A stretch of 55,041 nucleotides of DNA from Macrostomum lignano (lineage: Eukaryota). Numbering within the stretch: the first letter of the stretch is position 1; each line of letters begins with the position of its first letter. The notes beneath the pieces are model-generated. The model did not search any database, had not been told where the DNA came from, and saw only the letters and a list, made by a program, of their open reading frames with translations. Where the stretch lies: positions 149,795 through 204,835 of the forward strand of contig NIVC01000661.1 of the NCBI GenBank assembly GCA_002269645.1, read 5' to 3'. Positions 24,270-37,495 of the stretch are shown here, piece by piece. Made by a program: the position numbers and the translations under genes.

Positions 24270-25760
24270 TCTATTACTGAATAATGTGTCAGTTCGGTGT
24301 GTGTCTATTACTGAATAATGTGTCAGTTCGGTGTGTGTCTATTACTGAACAATGTGTCAGTGCGGTGTGCCTATGAGTGATGCCAGTCCATAGCTTTCAT
24401 CTGACCGCATTCAAATCCTACGAAATCATGAATTCAACACGCAGTTTAAACAAGCTTTTGCCTGAACACACAAAACCAAGTCGGCTCAAGCCAGACTTAC
24501 CAAACTCATTTTGGCAAGTGATGAGGCGCAAAGGAAGCTGTTTGCCGAAACGAGACACTTTCGAAGCATTTCAGATTTCATCTAAGAGAAGTCAGTGCTT
24601 GAAAGCAACCAGTCAGCCTCCATACAGATGGACTGACTGTCTCTCAACTCCCCAATAGCAGAGCAATCTTCATCAATTCTAAGAAATCCCAGCCTTATCC
24701 CGTGCAGCATCATCTGATGCACCCAGGCCAGAGAGAGTTGCTGGGTTTGCAATATCTTGTTCAGGGATTTTGCTCGCTTCATTCGAGCGGACAAAACTTC
24801 TGTCGGTTTCTGGGATATGAGCAGATTTCAGACTTGAGATGGGGTTTCACTATGTGCTCTGCTCTATCCAGTGGATGCTGGCGGAGCGAACTTGCCTCAA
24901 TCTGAAATTCTTCCTAATATTAGATGGGGAAGTTTTTCTCCCCAGCTAAACAGGTCCCTTTACTAACAGTGGAGTTTCCTGCAGCCATTGTCTCAAGCAA
25001 ATGCAATAAAAAAGTCGCGTTTTATTTTCTGTTCCATTCCGAATCTGAATGGCCCAATGTCACTTGATTGTCTGTCTGTTTGGCGTTCTGTGCTTTTCAA
25101 CTGACATTTTCAGAGACTGTCAGAATTTTATTATTTTCAAGGTTTTCGACTAAGACTGGATTTAACTGACGCACTTTTAGGCAGAGCTAATCAAGTCAGT
25201 TTGATGTCTATGACTGAATAATGTGTCAGTTTGATGTTTCTCATAGCTGAATAATGTGTCAGTTTGATGTGTCTATGACTGGGTAATCTGTCAGTCTGAT
25301 GTGTCTCATAGCTGAATAATGTGGCAGTTTGGTGTGTCTATGGCTGAATAATGTGTCAGCTTGATGTGTCTATGACTGAATAATGTGTCAGTTTGGTGTG
25401 TCTATGACTGGGTAATCTGTCAGTCTGATGTGTCTCATAGCTGAATAATGTGGCAGTTTGGTGTGTCTATGGCTGAATAATGTGTCAGCTTGATGTGTCT
25501 ATGGCTGAATAATGTGTCAGCTTGATGTGTCTATGACTGAATAATGTGTCAGCTTGATGTGTCTATGGCTGAATAATGTGGCAGTTTGATGTGTCTCATA
25601 GCTGAATAATGTGTCAGTCTGATGTGTCTATGGCTGAATAATGGTCAGTCTGATGTGTCTATGGCTGAATAATGTGTCAGTCTGATGTGTCTATGGCTGA
25701 ATAATGTGTCAGTCTGATGTGTCTATGGCTGAATAATGTTTGATGTGTCTATGGACAGAA
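24270..25760. repeat. About 33-bp minisatellite GTGTCTATGACTGAATAATGTGTCAGTTTGAT in two blocks (24270-24375 and 25190-25760)
   Basis: The same unit occurs in both blocks, separated by about 800 bp of non-repeat sequence. Confidence 0.9.
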
Positions 25761-26600
25761 ATTAATGTGTCAGTTTTATGATAATATGACCTGACGGTGA
25801 TCTGGCTATGACCTTCTTTCACCGGTATAAGTCTGGTAGTTTTCCTCTCCCAGATACTGAAGCTGAACTGCGGGAGCGGCATGTCAGTTGATGAAAAATC
25901 ATCTATCAAAGTGCTCAAAATCGAGCTGAATACAAGAACAACAGCGAGCTTGGCTGGGCGCAAAGGACAAGAGGGAGCTGGGAGTGATGGAGCAACCTGC
26001 ATAGACGCAGTGAGGCTGGGCGAGATGATGCCCTCTTGTACGCGCGCGGAAAATGCACGGCCGTGAGACAGCAGAGTGAGATGCATTGGCAAATTGCTAG
26101 CGAGTGCGACGGGCAGCCTCAGGGCCTCACTCTGTGCTGAGCGGCCTCTCGCTCTGCTCCCTCGGGATGGCTGAACGAACCACTTGAGTCTGTTCGCATA
26201 ATACTCCTGCCCGTATGTAGCTGGAGGCCGCGGTTCTCCAGGCATCCCGCACTTGCACGGTTGAGTCCTATTTGCTGACATATTTTCTATTGATAAGCTA
26301 TGCTCACAGAATTTGTGATTGTTTCTTGCGAAACCTGCTAATATCTCTCTTGTGCGATATGCTGAGTCACCCAGATAAGTGTCTCAGCACCGGCTACTCA
26401 CTTTCCATCTCTGCATGTACATGTGTGTCTACTTTGCTCACTGATTAATGTAACACTATCCCTCTCTCCCCTCTCTATCCTTGCCTATTCTTACATCTAA
26501 AAGTACCCGTTTGAGGAATAAACCCTAACTTAGCTAGCATTTAGGCTAAGGAAACCTGATGAGTCACCTTGTTACCTCACCTGTTATTGATAATTGAACA

Positions 26601-27482
26601 AGTCACCTGAGACAGTCACCTGAGACAGTCACCTGAGACAGTCACCTGAGACAGTCACCTGAGACAGTCACCTGAGACAGTCACCTGAGACAGTCACCTG
26701 AGACAGTCACCTGAGACAGTCAGCTGAGACAGTCACCTGAGACAGTCACCTGAGACAGTCACCTGAGACAGTCACCTGAGACAGTCACCTGAGACAGTCA
26801 GCTGAGACAGTCAGCTGAGACAGTCACCTGAGACAGTCACCTGAGACAGTCACCTGAGACAGTCACCTGAGACAGTCACCTGAGACAGTCACCTGAGACA
26901 GTCACCTGACACAGTCACCTGAGACAGTCACCTGAGACAGTATCACCTGACACAGTCACCTGAGACAGTCAACCTGAGACAGTATCACCTGAGACAGTCA
27001 CCTGAGACAGTCACCTGACACAGTCACCTGACACAGTCACCTGACACAGTCACCTGACACAGTCACCTGACACAGTCACCTGACACAGTCACCTGACACA
27101 GTCACCTGACACAGTCACCTGACACAGTCACCTGAGACAGTCAACCTGAGACAGTATCACCTGACACAGTCACCTGAGACAGTCAACCTGAGACAGTATC
27201 ACCTGACACAGTCACCTGACACAGTCACCTGACACAGTCACCTGAGACAGTCACCTGACACAGTCACCTGACACAGTCACCTGACACAGTCACCTGACAC
27301 AGTCACCTGACACAGTCACCTGACACAGTCACCTGACACAGTCACCTGACACAGTCACCTGACACAGTCACCTGAGACAGTCAACCTGAGACAGTATCAC
27401 CTGAGACAGTCACCTGAGACAGTCATCTGAAACAGTCAACCATGACGCAGTTATCACCTGAGACAGTCACCTGAGACAGTCA
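26601..27482. repeat. 13-bp minisatellite CAGTCACCTGA(G/C)A
   Basis: About 65 tandem units with G-variant and C-variant domains. Confidence 0.97.
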
Positions 27483-27899
27483 CTTTCTGATGACTTGGGC
27501 GAGTTCTCTCACGATGACAATGATCAATTAAGCGCTTTCTTTCAATCGGAGGCTGGGCAGTCAGACCACAAAGGGCAAGCATAAAGGTAGAGACTAATGA
27601 CTAATCAGAAAAAATCAAATAAGAATCTGAAGTGCATCGAAGTTGCACATTAAAAACTAGATAGAATTGAGACCTCAGGTGTTCAATAAATACTCAATTA
27701 ATACTAGTGCGGTTTTAAATTCTAGAGGAGTTTCGAAAGAACCAGGATACCAAAAACTGCCCTCATATTTCTCGTATTAGCCCATGCGAATAAGAGTTAA
27801 CAACTTTTCTGTTACTGCTCTCGGTCTCTGTCTCCAACATCTCCCTCACTCACTAATACTCAGCACTGAGCTTACGTGCTCAGTTGTACCCACTTGCAC

Positions 27900-28600
27900 T
27901 ATCGCGGCTGTCCATCTTAAAACCCTCAACATGCTCTCGACTTGCTCAAAGTTATCTTCTACTTTAACTGCATGGCATGATCGAAGTTACAACTTGAGCT
28001 GGCTATGCAGGAGTCCATCTAGAGAATCGATGCTGGAGATTACAGTACAGACTATACAAGTAAATGTGCTCAAGGACTATTATGTGTGTAGGTTAGGATT
28101 CAACTTCCAACGGTAGCTTCAAATATAAGCCACATTTGGCTCCAGAGACCACCAAGACCACCTGCTCTGTTGCAACAGTTGTTGCAAAATTGAGCAAACT
28201 CAGCAGTTTAAAATTATTGATCGGTGTAGAACTGATTTTAGGCTCAACATACTTGAATCCATGTACATTAAAGACCAAAAACCTAATCTGAATATTCAGC
28301 TCTCCCATAGTGGTGCGGGCCATTGCTCAAGGTATTCTAAGTAAAGGCACTAGTCTGAACAATGTACTTGCAATCTATGCTTAACATTTTTTGAAAAATT
28401 CTGCCCATGACATGCCCTTTGGACTGTACAGTTAACATTTGTTCACTTATAAAGTTGTTGTGTGAGTTAAAAATACACCAGACCCTGAAGATGGTCATTG
28501 CTAGACCGAAACGCGTCGGAAGAAAGAATTTATTATATTCTATGTTGATTTTAACTTTTGTATTTCTCTGCCTGCTAAAGCGTGCTACCTTACCTCAATG
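27900..28600 (+). mobile_element. Penelope-like element 3' relic (GIY-YIG endonuclease C-terminus plus terminal region)
   Basis: 28159-28344 reads HLLCCNSCC...FKIIDRCRTDFRLNILESMYIKDQKPNLNIQL, matching the PLE FxIL...LExxxI...PxLNxQ end. A hammerhead motif and AT-rich tail follow. The upstream part is decayed and boundaries are approximate. Confidence 0.75.
28483..28519 (+). ncRNA. Minimal type I hammerhead ribozyme motif (PLE-associated)
   Basis: CUGAAGA (28485-28491), U, stem II GGUC/AUUGCUA/GACC, GAAA (28508-28511), palindromic ACGCGU stem III, GUC cleavage triplet ending at 28517. Stem I has only 2 bp. Confidence 0.7.
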
Positions 28601-29689
28601 AAATGTGTATGCAGTGTATGATAAATCTAAGTCAATGTCATAAAGCTCGTGCGCTCCGACCTCCCTTCTGGACAATAGAGATCTTCCTTCGCATTTTTAG
28701 ATGAAGTACGAGAATGTAAGGCCTCTATGTATAAGCCTGTACACATAGAGCTATTACTCGGGCTGCATGGGGATGAGCTGCACTGGATCGGAGACCCGAG
28801 AGGAAGAGCGAGAAAGTCGGGAGACATCCTGTATCGAGCAAGTGGGCGCTTCTAACAGGAAACTGCTGTGTAAGCCATACAAGCCTTACCTTACAGGGGG
28901 ACTTCCTAAGTCCCGCATACGCCCCGTTCCTCTCCATGCATCCCATCGGGTCTTCTCTTCCTGTTTCATTATCTTCCCAAAAAGAATTTCCCAGCAACAC
29001 TTAACTTCTATAGTTTTTACTCTCTCTTCTAACTATTAATATGCATAAATAATATTGTTCTGTTGCTCAAATGATAATCCAATGTTTCTTCTAATTGTTT
29101 TTCTACTTAGTTAAGCCGCTGGTGTTGACACCTGAGCACGTACGCAGATACATGTACTCGCACAGAGTGTACAGCGACCGTGGCTTTCTCATGTACACCT
29201 CTGCCCTCGGGGGCTGGCCCTAGCTAGAAGGGACGATTCGTAGCGCATAATTCAGTACCTGCATTTATAGCCCTGCTCTCAATTTGAGTCTGCCCAGCTT
29301 ATTTTGTATCAAATTCAATCTCTTCCATGGTGTTGCGAAAAGAAATGAATTCGCAACATCGCGACAAAAAAGATGTTAAGACGAAATAATTGCTCACGGG
29401 AGGAATATCAGGAATTCACTGGGCAGAAAGAAAACTGCTGGAGCTGCTGCTGCATATGCTCGAAGCAGATTTTTTGTCTGCTGCTATTTTGAGAATTTGA
29501 AAGAGAAATATTGAGTACATGACTGCTGGCTATGTAGCTGGCTTGACTAATGCGTTAGTGGGCTCAATTATTTCAGCCATTTTAAAGAACTCTATAAAAC
29601 AGTTAAAAAATTTATGACTCAGTTATAAACTCGCTTATTATCTTATCTGATAAAAGTTGACCACTGGCTTCGCAGTGAAAAGTCAAATC

Positions 29690-31392
29690 GTGCGCCTGTG
29701 CCAGTGTGCGCTTATCAATCTGCCTGCTTGTGCCAGTGTGTGCTTATCAATCTGCCTGCCTGTGCCAGTGTGTGCTTATCAATCTGCCTGCTTGTGCCAG
29801 TGTGTGCTTATCAATCTGCCTGCCTGTACCAGTGTGCGCTTATCAGTCTGCCTGCTTGTGCCAGTGTGTGCTTATCAATCTGCCTGCTTGTGCCAGTGTG
29901 TGCTTATCAATCTGCCTGCCTGTGCCAGTGTGCGCTTATCAATCTGCCTGCCTGTGCCAGTGTGTGCTTATCAGTCTGCCTGCTTGTGCCAGTGTGTGCT
30001 TATCAATCTGCCTGCTTGTGCCAGTGTGTGCTTATCAATCTGCCTGCAATTGTGCCAGTGTGTGCTTATCAATCTGCCTGCCTGTACCAGTGTGTGCTTA
30101 TCAATCTGCCTGCTTGTGCCAGTGTGTGCTTATCAATCTGCCTGCCTGTGCCAGTGTGTGCTTATCAATCTGCCTGCCTGTGATTGTACCAATTGTACCA
30201 GTGTGTGCTTATCAGTCTGCCTGAAATTGTGGCAGTGTGTGCTTATCAGTCTGCCTGCCTGTGCCAGTGTGCGCTTATCAATCTGCCTGCCTGTGCCAGT
30301 GTGTGCTTATCAATCTGCCTGCCTGTGCCAGTGTGCGCTTATCAATCTGCCTGCCTGTGCCAGTGTGTGCTTATCAGTCTGCCTGCTTGTGCCAGTGTGT
30401 GCTTATCAATCTGCCTGCTTGTGCCAGTGTGTGCTTATCAATCTGCCTGCCTGTGCCAGTGTGTGCTTATCAATCTGCCTGCCTGTACCAGTGTGTGCTT
30501 ATCAATCTGCCTGCTTGTGCCAGTGTGTGCTTATCAATCTGCCTGCCTGTGCCAGTGTGTGCTTATCAATCTGCCTGCCTGTGATTGTACCAATTGTACC
30601 AGTGTGTGCTTATCAGTCTGCCTGAAATTGTGGCAGTGTGTGCTTATCAGTCTGCCTGCCTGTGCCAGTGTGCGCTTATCAATCTGCCTGCCTGTGCCAG
30701 TGTGTGCTTATCAATCTGCCTGCCTGTACCAGTGTGCGCTTATCAGTCTGCCTGCTTGTGCCAGTGTGTGCTTATCAATCTGCCTGCTTGTGCCAGTGTG
30801 TGCTTATCAATCTGCCTGCAATTGTGCCAGTGTGTGCTTATCAATCTGCCTGCCTGTACCAGTGTGTGCTTATCAATCTGCCTGCTTGTGCCAGTGTGTG
30901 CTTATCAATCTGCCTGCCTGTGCCAGTGTGTGCTTATCAATCTGCCTGCCTGTGATTGTACCAATTGTACCAGTGTGTGCTTATCAGTCTGCCTGAAATT
31001 GTGGCAGTGTGTGCTTATCAGTCTGCCTGCCTGTGCCAGTGTGCGCTTATCAATCTGCCTGCCTGTGCCAGTGTGTGCTTATCAATCTGCCTGCCTGTGC
31101 CAGTGTGTGCTTATCAATCTGCCTGCCTGTGATTGTACCAATTGTACCAGTGTGTGCTTATCAGTCTGCCTGAAATTGTGGCAGTGTGTGCTTATCAGTC
31201 TGCCTGCCTGTGCCAGTGTGCGCTTATCAATCTGCCTGCCTGTGCCAGTGTGTGCTTATCAATCTGCCTGCCTGTGCCAGTGTGCGCTTAATCAGTATGC
31301 CTGAAATTGTGCCAGTGTGTGCTTATCAGTCTGCCTGCTATTGTGCCAGTGTGTGCTTATCAATCTGCCTGCCTGTGCCAGTGTGTGCTTAT
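29690..31392. repeat. 32-bp minisatellite GTGCCAGTGTGTGCTTATCAATCTGCCTGCCT with higher-order duplication
   Basis: Tandem units; variant landmarks recur at a 772-bp spacing. Confidence 0.97.
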
Positions 31393-31981
31393 GAAGCTTC
31401 CTTGAATTTCTCTCAGTCTGAAAATACCCCCCCCCCCCAAAAAAAAGTAATTCTATTTTTCATCAAACGAAAGCCGAACATACCAGCTTTTGAGTGCACA
31501 GGTGCTCTTAGAAGTGAAAGTCCTTTATTGCAAAAAATAATTCATACCGGTTGAGGACAGAGGTAGTGGCGGGAACACCTGCACGGCGGGGCAGCCTGTG
31601 AGTCTCATTCGCCTGCGAAATTAAGCCGAAGCATGAAAGGCAGATTGAGGGAGAAAAAGAAGAGAGAGAAGAGTGGGGGAGACGAGGCTGAGCCCGAGGC
31701 TGATGAGGCGTCCCGCTCAGTTTTTTCCCGGGGCACGGGGTGGCCGCGCACTGGCGGCACCTTAGGAAATTACAGATATGAAAAGAGAGGCAGTGTGGGC
31801 GCACAGATGAAAAAATTATTTGAAAAGAGAGATCTGGCTGGACTGCAGCTCCATCGCTTAAGCCGTTTCGTGAGGAGGGGCTTCCTATCACTCCCTGCTG
31901 AGTGCTGAGTACACGGAATGGGTTTGGTCGGAATTGCAGATATTTCTTTCTATGCACTGAGTTTGAGATGTTTATTGTGGA

Positions 31982-32320
<339 letters not shown>

Positions 32321-32904
32321 GATTAACCGTACAATCAGAGGCCGATTTGTCACCCAGCGCACTGTCAACGCTGACTCGAAAAGCTTCGCCGAAGTCAACA
32401 AAAAATGCTACACCGCTCTACCCATCCATCTCTCTCCCCTGCTGTTTGCGATGCCCTCTCCGGGGGTGGCGGGGTGCCCCAACTACCGGCTTTATTAAAT
32501 ATGTTCCGAAGATCCGAGGCCCTGGCTGGTCAGCCTCCTCCCCTATTCCTCATCCGACCCGACAAGAGAAAATTGATTAATTCATTTGCCAGATTGAAGG
32601 GAGGGGGTTGCGAATTGCCGGGCACCCCGCTGAGAGGCCGATAACACCGAGCTCAGACTCTCGTTTCCTTCATCGTCTGCAGCATGAGTTCTGCGGCGGG
32701 TTTTTACTATTCTGTATTTTATGTACTTCCTTGCTGCTCCTCGGTACACTGGAATTGCCACGAAGAGGGACGGTGCGACTCGGGTCTCAGCGACTGCGGG
32801 CATGATGTACTTTTCAGCGACTTCTTTGCCAATACATGCTTTTGTCTGATTGAGGACATTTTGTACATTATCTCAAGCTATTCATCGACTTTGCTACTTG
32901 GCGG

Positions 32905-34455
32905 TTCAGTCAATACTTGCTGAAAGTTCAAGGACAAGTCTTGCTGATGGTTCAGGGACAAGTCTTGTTGATGGTTCAGGGGCAAGTCTGGTTGATGGTT
33001 CAGGGGCAAGTGTTGTTGATGGTTCAGGGGCAAGTCTTGCTGAAAGTTCAAGGACAAGTCTTGTTGATGGTTCAGGGGCAAGTGTTGTTGATGGTTCAGG
33101 GGCAAGTCTTGCTGAAAGTTCAAGGACAAGTCTTGTTGATGGTTCAGGGGCAAGTGTTGTTGATGGTTCAGGGGCAAGTCTTGTTGATGGTTCAGGGGCA
33201 AGTCTTGCTGATGGTTCAGGGGCAAGTCTTGCTGATGGTTCAGGGGCAAGTCTTGATGGTTCAGGGGCAAGTCTTGATGGTTCAGGGGCAAGTCTTGTTG
33301 ATGGTTCAGGGGCAAGTCTTGTTGATGGTTCAGGGGCAAGTCTTGTTTTGATGGTTCAGGGCCAAGTCTTGATGGTTCAGGGGCAAGTGTTGTTGATGGT
33401 TCAGGGGCAAGTCTTGCTGAAAGTTCAAGGACAAGTCTTGTTGATGGTTCAGGGGCAAGTGTTGTTGATGGTTCAGGGGCAAGTCTTGCTGAAAGTTCAA
33501 GGACAAGTCTTGTTGATGGTTCAGGGGCAAGTGTTGTTGATGGTTCAGGGGCAAGTCTTGTTGATGGTTCAGGGGCAAGTCTTGCTGATGGTTCAGGGGC
33601 AAGTCTTGTTGATGGTTCAGGGGCAAGTCTTGATGGTTCAGGGGCAAGTCTTGTTGATGGTTCAGGGGCAAGTCTTGTTGATGGTTCAGGGGCAAGTCTT
33701 GTTTTGATGGTTCAGGGCCAAGTCTTGATGGTTCAGGGGCAAGTGTTGTTGATGGTTTAGGGGCAAGTCTTGATGGTTCAGGGGCAAGTCTTGATGGTTC
33801 AGGGGCAAGTGTCGTTGATGGTTCAGGGGCAAGTCTTGCTGATGGTTCAGGGGCAAGTCTTGCTGATGGTTCAGGGGCAAGTCTTGCTGATGGTTCAGGG
33901 GCAAGTCTTGTTGATGGTTCAGGGGCAAGTCTTGTTGATGGTTCAGGGGCAAGTCTTGTTGATGGTTCAGGGGCAAGTGTTGTTGGTGGTTCAGGGCAAG
34001 TCTTGTTTTGATGGTTCAGGGCCAAGTCTTGATGGTTCAGAGGCAAGTGTCGTTGATGGTTCAGGGGCAAGTCTTGATGGTTCAGGGGCAAGTCTTGTTT
34101 TGATGGTTCAGGGGCAAGTGTTGTTGATGGTTCAGGGGCAAGTGTTGTTGGTGGTTCAGGGGCAAGTCTTGTTGATGGTTCAGGGGCAAGTCTTGATGGT
34201 TCAGGGGCAAGTCTTGATGGTTCAGGAGCAAGTCTTGATGGTTCAGGGGCAAGTCTTGTTGATGGTTCAGGGGCAAGTCTTGATGGTTCAGGGGCAAGTC
34301 TTGATGGTTCAGGGGCAAGTCTTGTTTTGATGGTTCAGGGCCAAGTCTTGATGGTTCAGGGGCAAGTGTCGTTGATGGTTCAGGGGCAAGTCTTGATGGT
34401 TCAGGAGCAAGTCTTGTTTTGATGGTTCAGGGGCAAGTCTTTTTGATGGTTCAGA
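32905..34455. repeat. 24-bp (21-bp variant) minisatellite GATGGTTCAGGGGCAAGTCTTGTT
   Basis: Tandem units; source of the DGSGASLV and MVQGQVLL pseudo-ORFs. Confidence 0.97.
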
Positions 34456-35597
34456 AGCGATTCTCTCTGAGGATAATGTATGGTTGGCTAATTTTTTGTA
34501 TGCCTAAGACTCGAGTTTATTCTTGATTATTTGGGCGGCATTTTTAAAGGATTAATTCGATATTTTTATTGATAAAACTGTCAATATCGCAGCTTTCGAC
34601 TGCCCTGAATCCTGAGACAAATAACTCCTATAGCCAGATCTGTCATGGTATATTTGCCAAAGTTGCAACATCCTTTCACTTCAAATTACTGAGTTCCATA
34701 TTTGAGTCTTGAAGCCGAAAGCAAGATTGTAATATAATGTAGAAAGAAGACTGGGTCGCTTTGACTAAATAAAATTCCCCCGGTAAACATGGAAGTTGCC
34801 CAGAGGTGCTGAGTAAAAGCAGTGGAAAGAGCATATCTGCAGATACCTTTGAGATCCTTGTTAGCTAGAGCCTGCATTGCCCAGTACCACAGATACTATA
34901 AACACTATAGATAGATAGATATAGATACTATAGTGTTTAAATAGTATCTGTGCCCAGTACTGCCTGCTGAGCTCTCGCAAAATGAGCTCACGCTGTGCAG
35001 TGGCAGCCAGTTTTTTATATAATCTGACCCTGCGTGCGCTGCGCCCCATCAGAACAAGCAGCGGGATCAGCTATAATAGGAGACGGGATGGCTATGTAGC
35101 TGTCAGTCATGCAGATGCAGATTAAGTCCCCAATATCTGAGCCGCAGCTAATCCCCTGTGCACAATTGCAACCGTTTATTTGATGAGGATTCTGATGATG
35201 ATGATGATGATGCAGCTGCACTTTGTTACTCAGCATCCGTAAGACCTAAAGGCAGCCATATTTTTATGGGAATTATAGCTAATTACAGAGACTGATAGTA
35301 AGATCGTGCGTGGAAATTAAAGCTTTCAAACTGGCGATACGTTATAGAGACAGAACTTCTATATGCCTTGAGCTTAGTGCATTATTGTAGTTATAATTTC
35401 TAGTTGATAAATGTACTGCTTTAGGTGCTAAATAGTGCTTTAAATCATGAGAGCACTGGAAAGCTCTGAAAACATTAAGATATGAGTTGCAGATTTTTCA
35501 ATATAAGATATTGATGGAAGAGGGAATTGAGCATCATCCCGAGATTTTAAGGAAAAGTTCAGACAGTACAAAGAATGGAAGAACGACGGACAGAAAT

Positions 35598-35663
35598 AAA
35601 GACAGACAGACTGACAGACAGACTGACAGACAGACAGATAGACAGACAGATAGACAGACAGGC

Positions 35664-35716
<53 letters not shown>

Positions 35717-35719
35717 CCA

Positions 35720-35755
<36 letters not shown>

Positions 35756-35779
35756 TGACAGACAGACAGACCGACACCA

Positions 35780-35819
<40 letters not shown>

Positions 35820-35843
35820 TGACAGACAGACAGACCGACACCA

Positions 35844-35895
<52 letters not shown>

Positions 35896-35939
35896 CGACA
35901 GAAAGACAGACCGACAGACAGACAGACAGACAAACAGAC

Positions 35940-35982
<43 letters not shown>

Positions 35983-35985
35983 CTA

Positions 35986-36018
<33 letters not shown>

Positions 36019-36061
36019 GGCAGACAGACAGACAGACTGACAGACAGACAGACCGACACCA

Positions 36062-36117
<56 letters not shown>

Positions 36118-36153
36118 CGACAGAAAGACAGACCGACAGACAGACAGACAGAC

Positions 36154-36200
<47 letters not shown>

Positions 36201-36259
36201 CTAAGACAGACAGACAGACAGACACTAAGACAGACAGACAGACAGACAGACAGACAGGC

Positions 36260-36320
<61 letters not shown>

Positions 36321-36323
36321 CCA

Positions 36324-36359
<36 letters not shown>

Positions 36360-36383
36360 TGACAGACAGACAGACCGACACCA

Positions 36384-36423
<40 letters not shown>

Positions 36424-36447
36424 TGACAGACAGACAGACCGACACCA

Positions 36448-36499
<52 letters not shown>

Positions 36500-36543
36500 C
36501 GACAGAAAGACAGACCGACAGACAGACAGACAGACAAACAGAC

Positions 36544-36582
<39 letters not shown>

Positions 36583-36681
36583 CTAAGACAGACAGACAGA
36601 CAGACACTAAGACAGACAGACAGACAGACAGACAGACAGGCAGACAGACAGACAGACTGACAGACAGACAGACCGACACCA

Positions 36682-36737
<56 letters not shown>

Positions 36738-36773
36738 CGACAGAAAGACAGACCGACAGACAGACAGACAGAC

Positions 36774-36816
<43 letters not shown>

Positions 36817-36875
36817 CTAAGACAGACAGACAGACAGACACTAAGACAGACAGACAGACAGACAGACAGACAGGC

Positions 36876-36936
<61 letters not shown>

Positions 36937-36939
36937 CCA

Positions 36940-36975
<36 letters not shown>

Positions 36976-36999
36976 TGACAGACAGACAGACCGACACCA

Positions 37000-37039
<40 letters not shown>

Positions 37040-37063
37040 TGACAGACAGACAGACCGACACCA

Positions 37064-37115
<52 letters not shown>

Positions 37116-37159
37116 CGACAGAAAGACAGACCGACAGACAGACAGACAGACAAACAGAC

Positions 37160-37194
<35 letters not shown>

Positions 37195-37295
37195 CTAAGA
37201 CAGACAGACAGACAGACACTAAGACAGACAGACAGACAGACAGACACTAAGACAGACAGACACTAAGACAGACAGACAGACAGACGGACAGACGG

Positions 37296-37385
<90 letters not shown>

Positions 37386-37405
37386 GGACAGACGGACAGA
37401 CAGAC

Positions 37406-37490
<85 letters not shown>
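35598..37490. repeat. (GACA)n interrupted microsatellite with higher-order structure, then (GA)n at about 37410-37490
   Basis: Direct reading. Confidence 0.98.

Positions 37491-37495
<5 letters not shown>

Noticed and set aside
26551-26580. GAAAC-CTGATGAG hammerhead-like words
   Set aside because: Core elements are adjacent in the wrong topology with no stems I-III.
26601-27482. Regular short repeats resembling a CRISPR array
   Set aside because: Units are head-to-tail with no unique spacers, no cas genes, and the context is eukaryotic. The same holds for every other array.
27486-27630. TGATGA...CTGA as a C/D-box snoRNA
   Set aside because: No terminal stem or recognisable guide, and not inside a host intron.
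29340-29640. EYMTAGYVA resembling a P-element transposase C-terminal motif
   Set aside because: Single short motif in broken frames; no catalytic motifs or TIRs.
34860-35260. Cys/His-containing short ORFs as a hidden gene
   Set aside because: No recognisable domain or consistent splice chain; the His run comes from a (TGA)n microsatellite.
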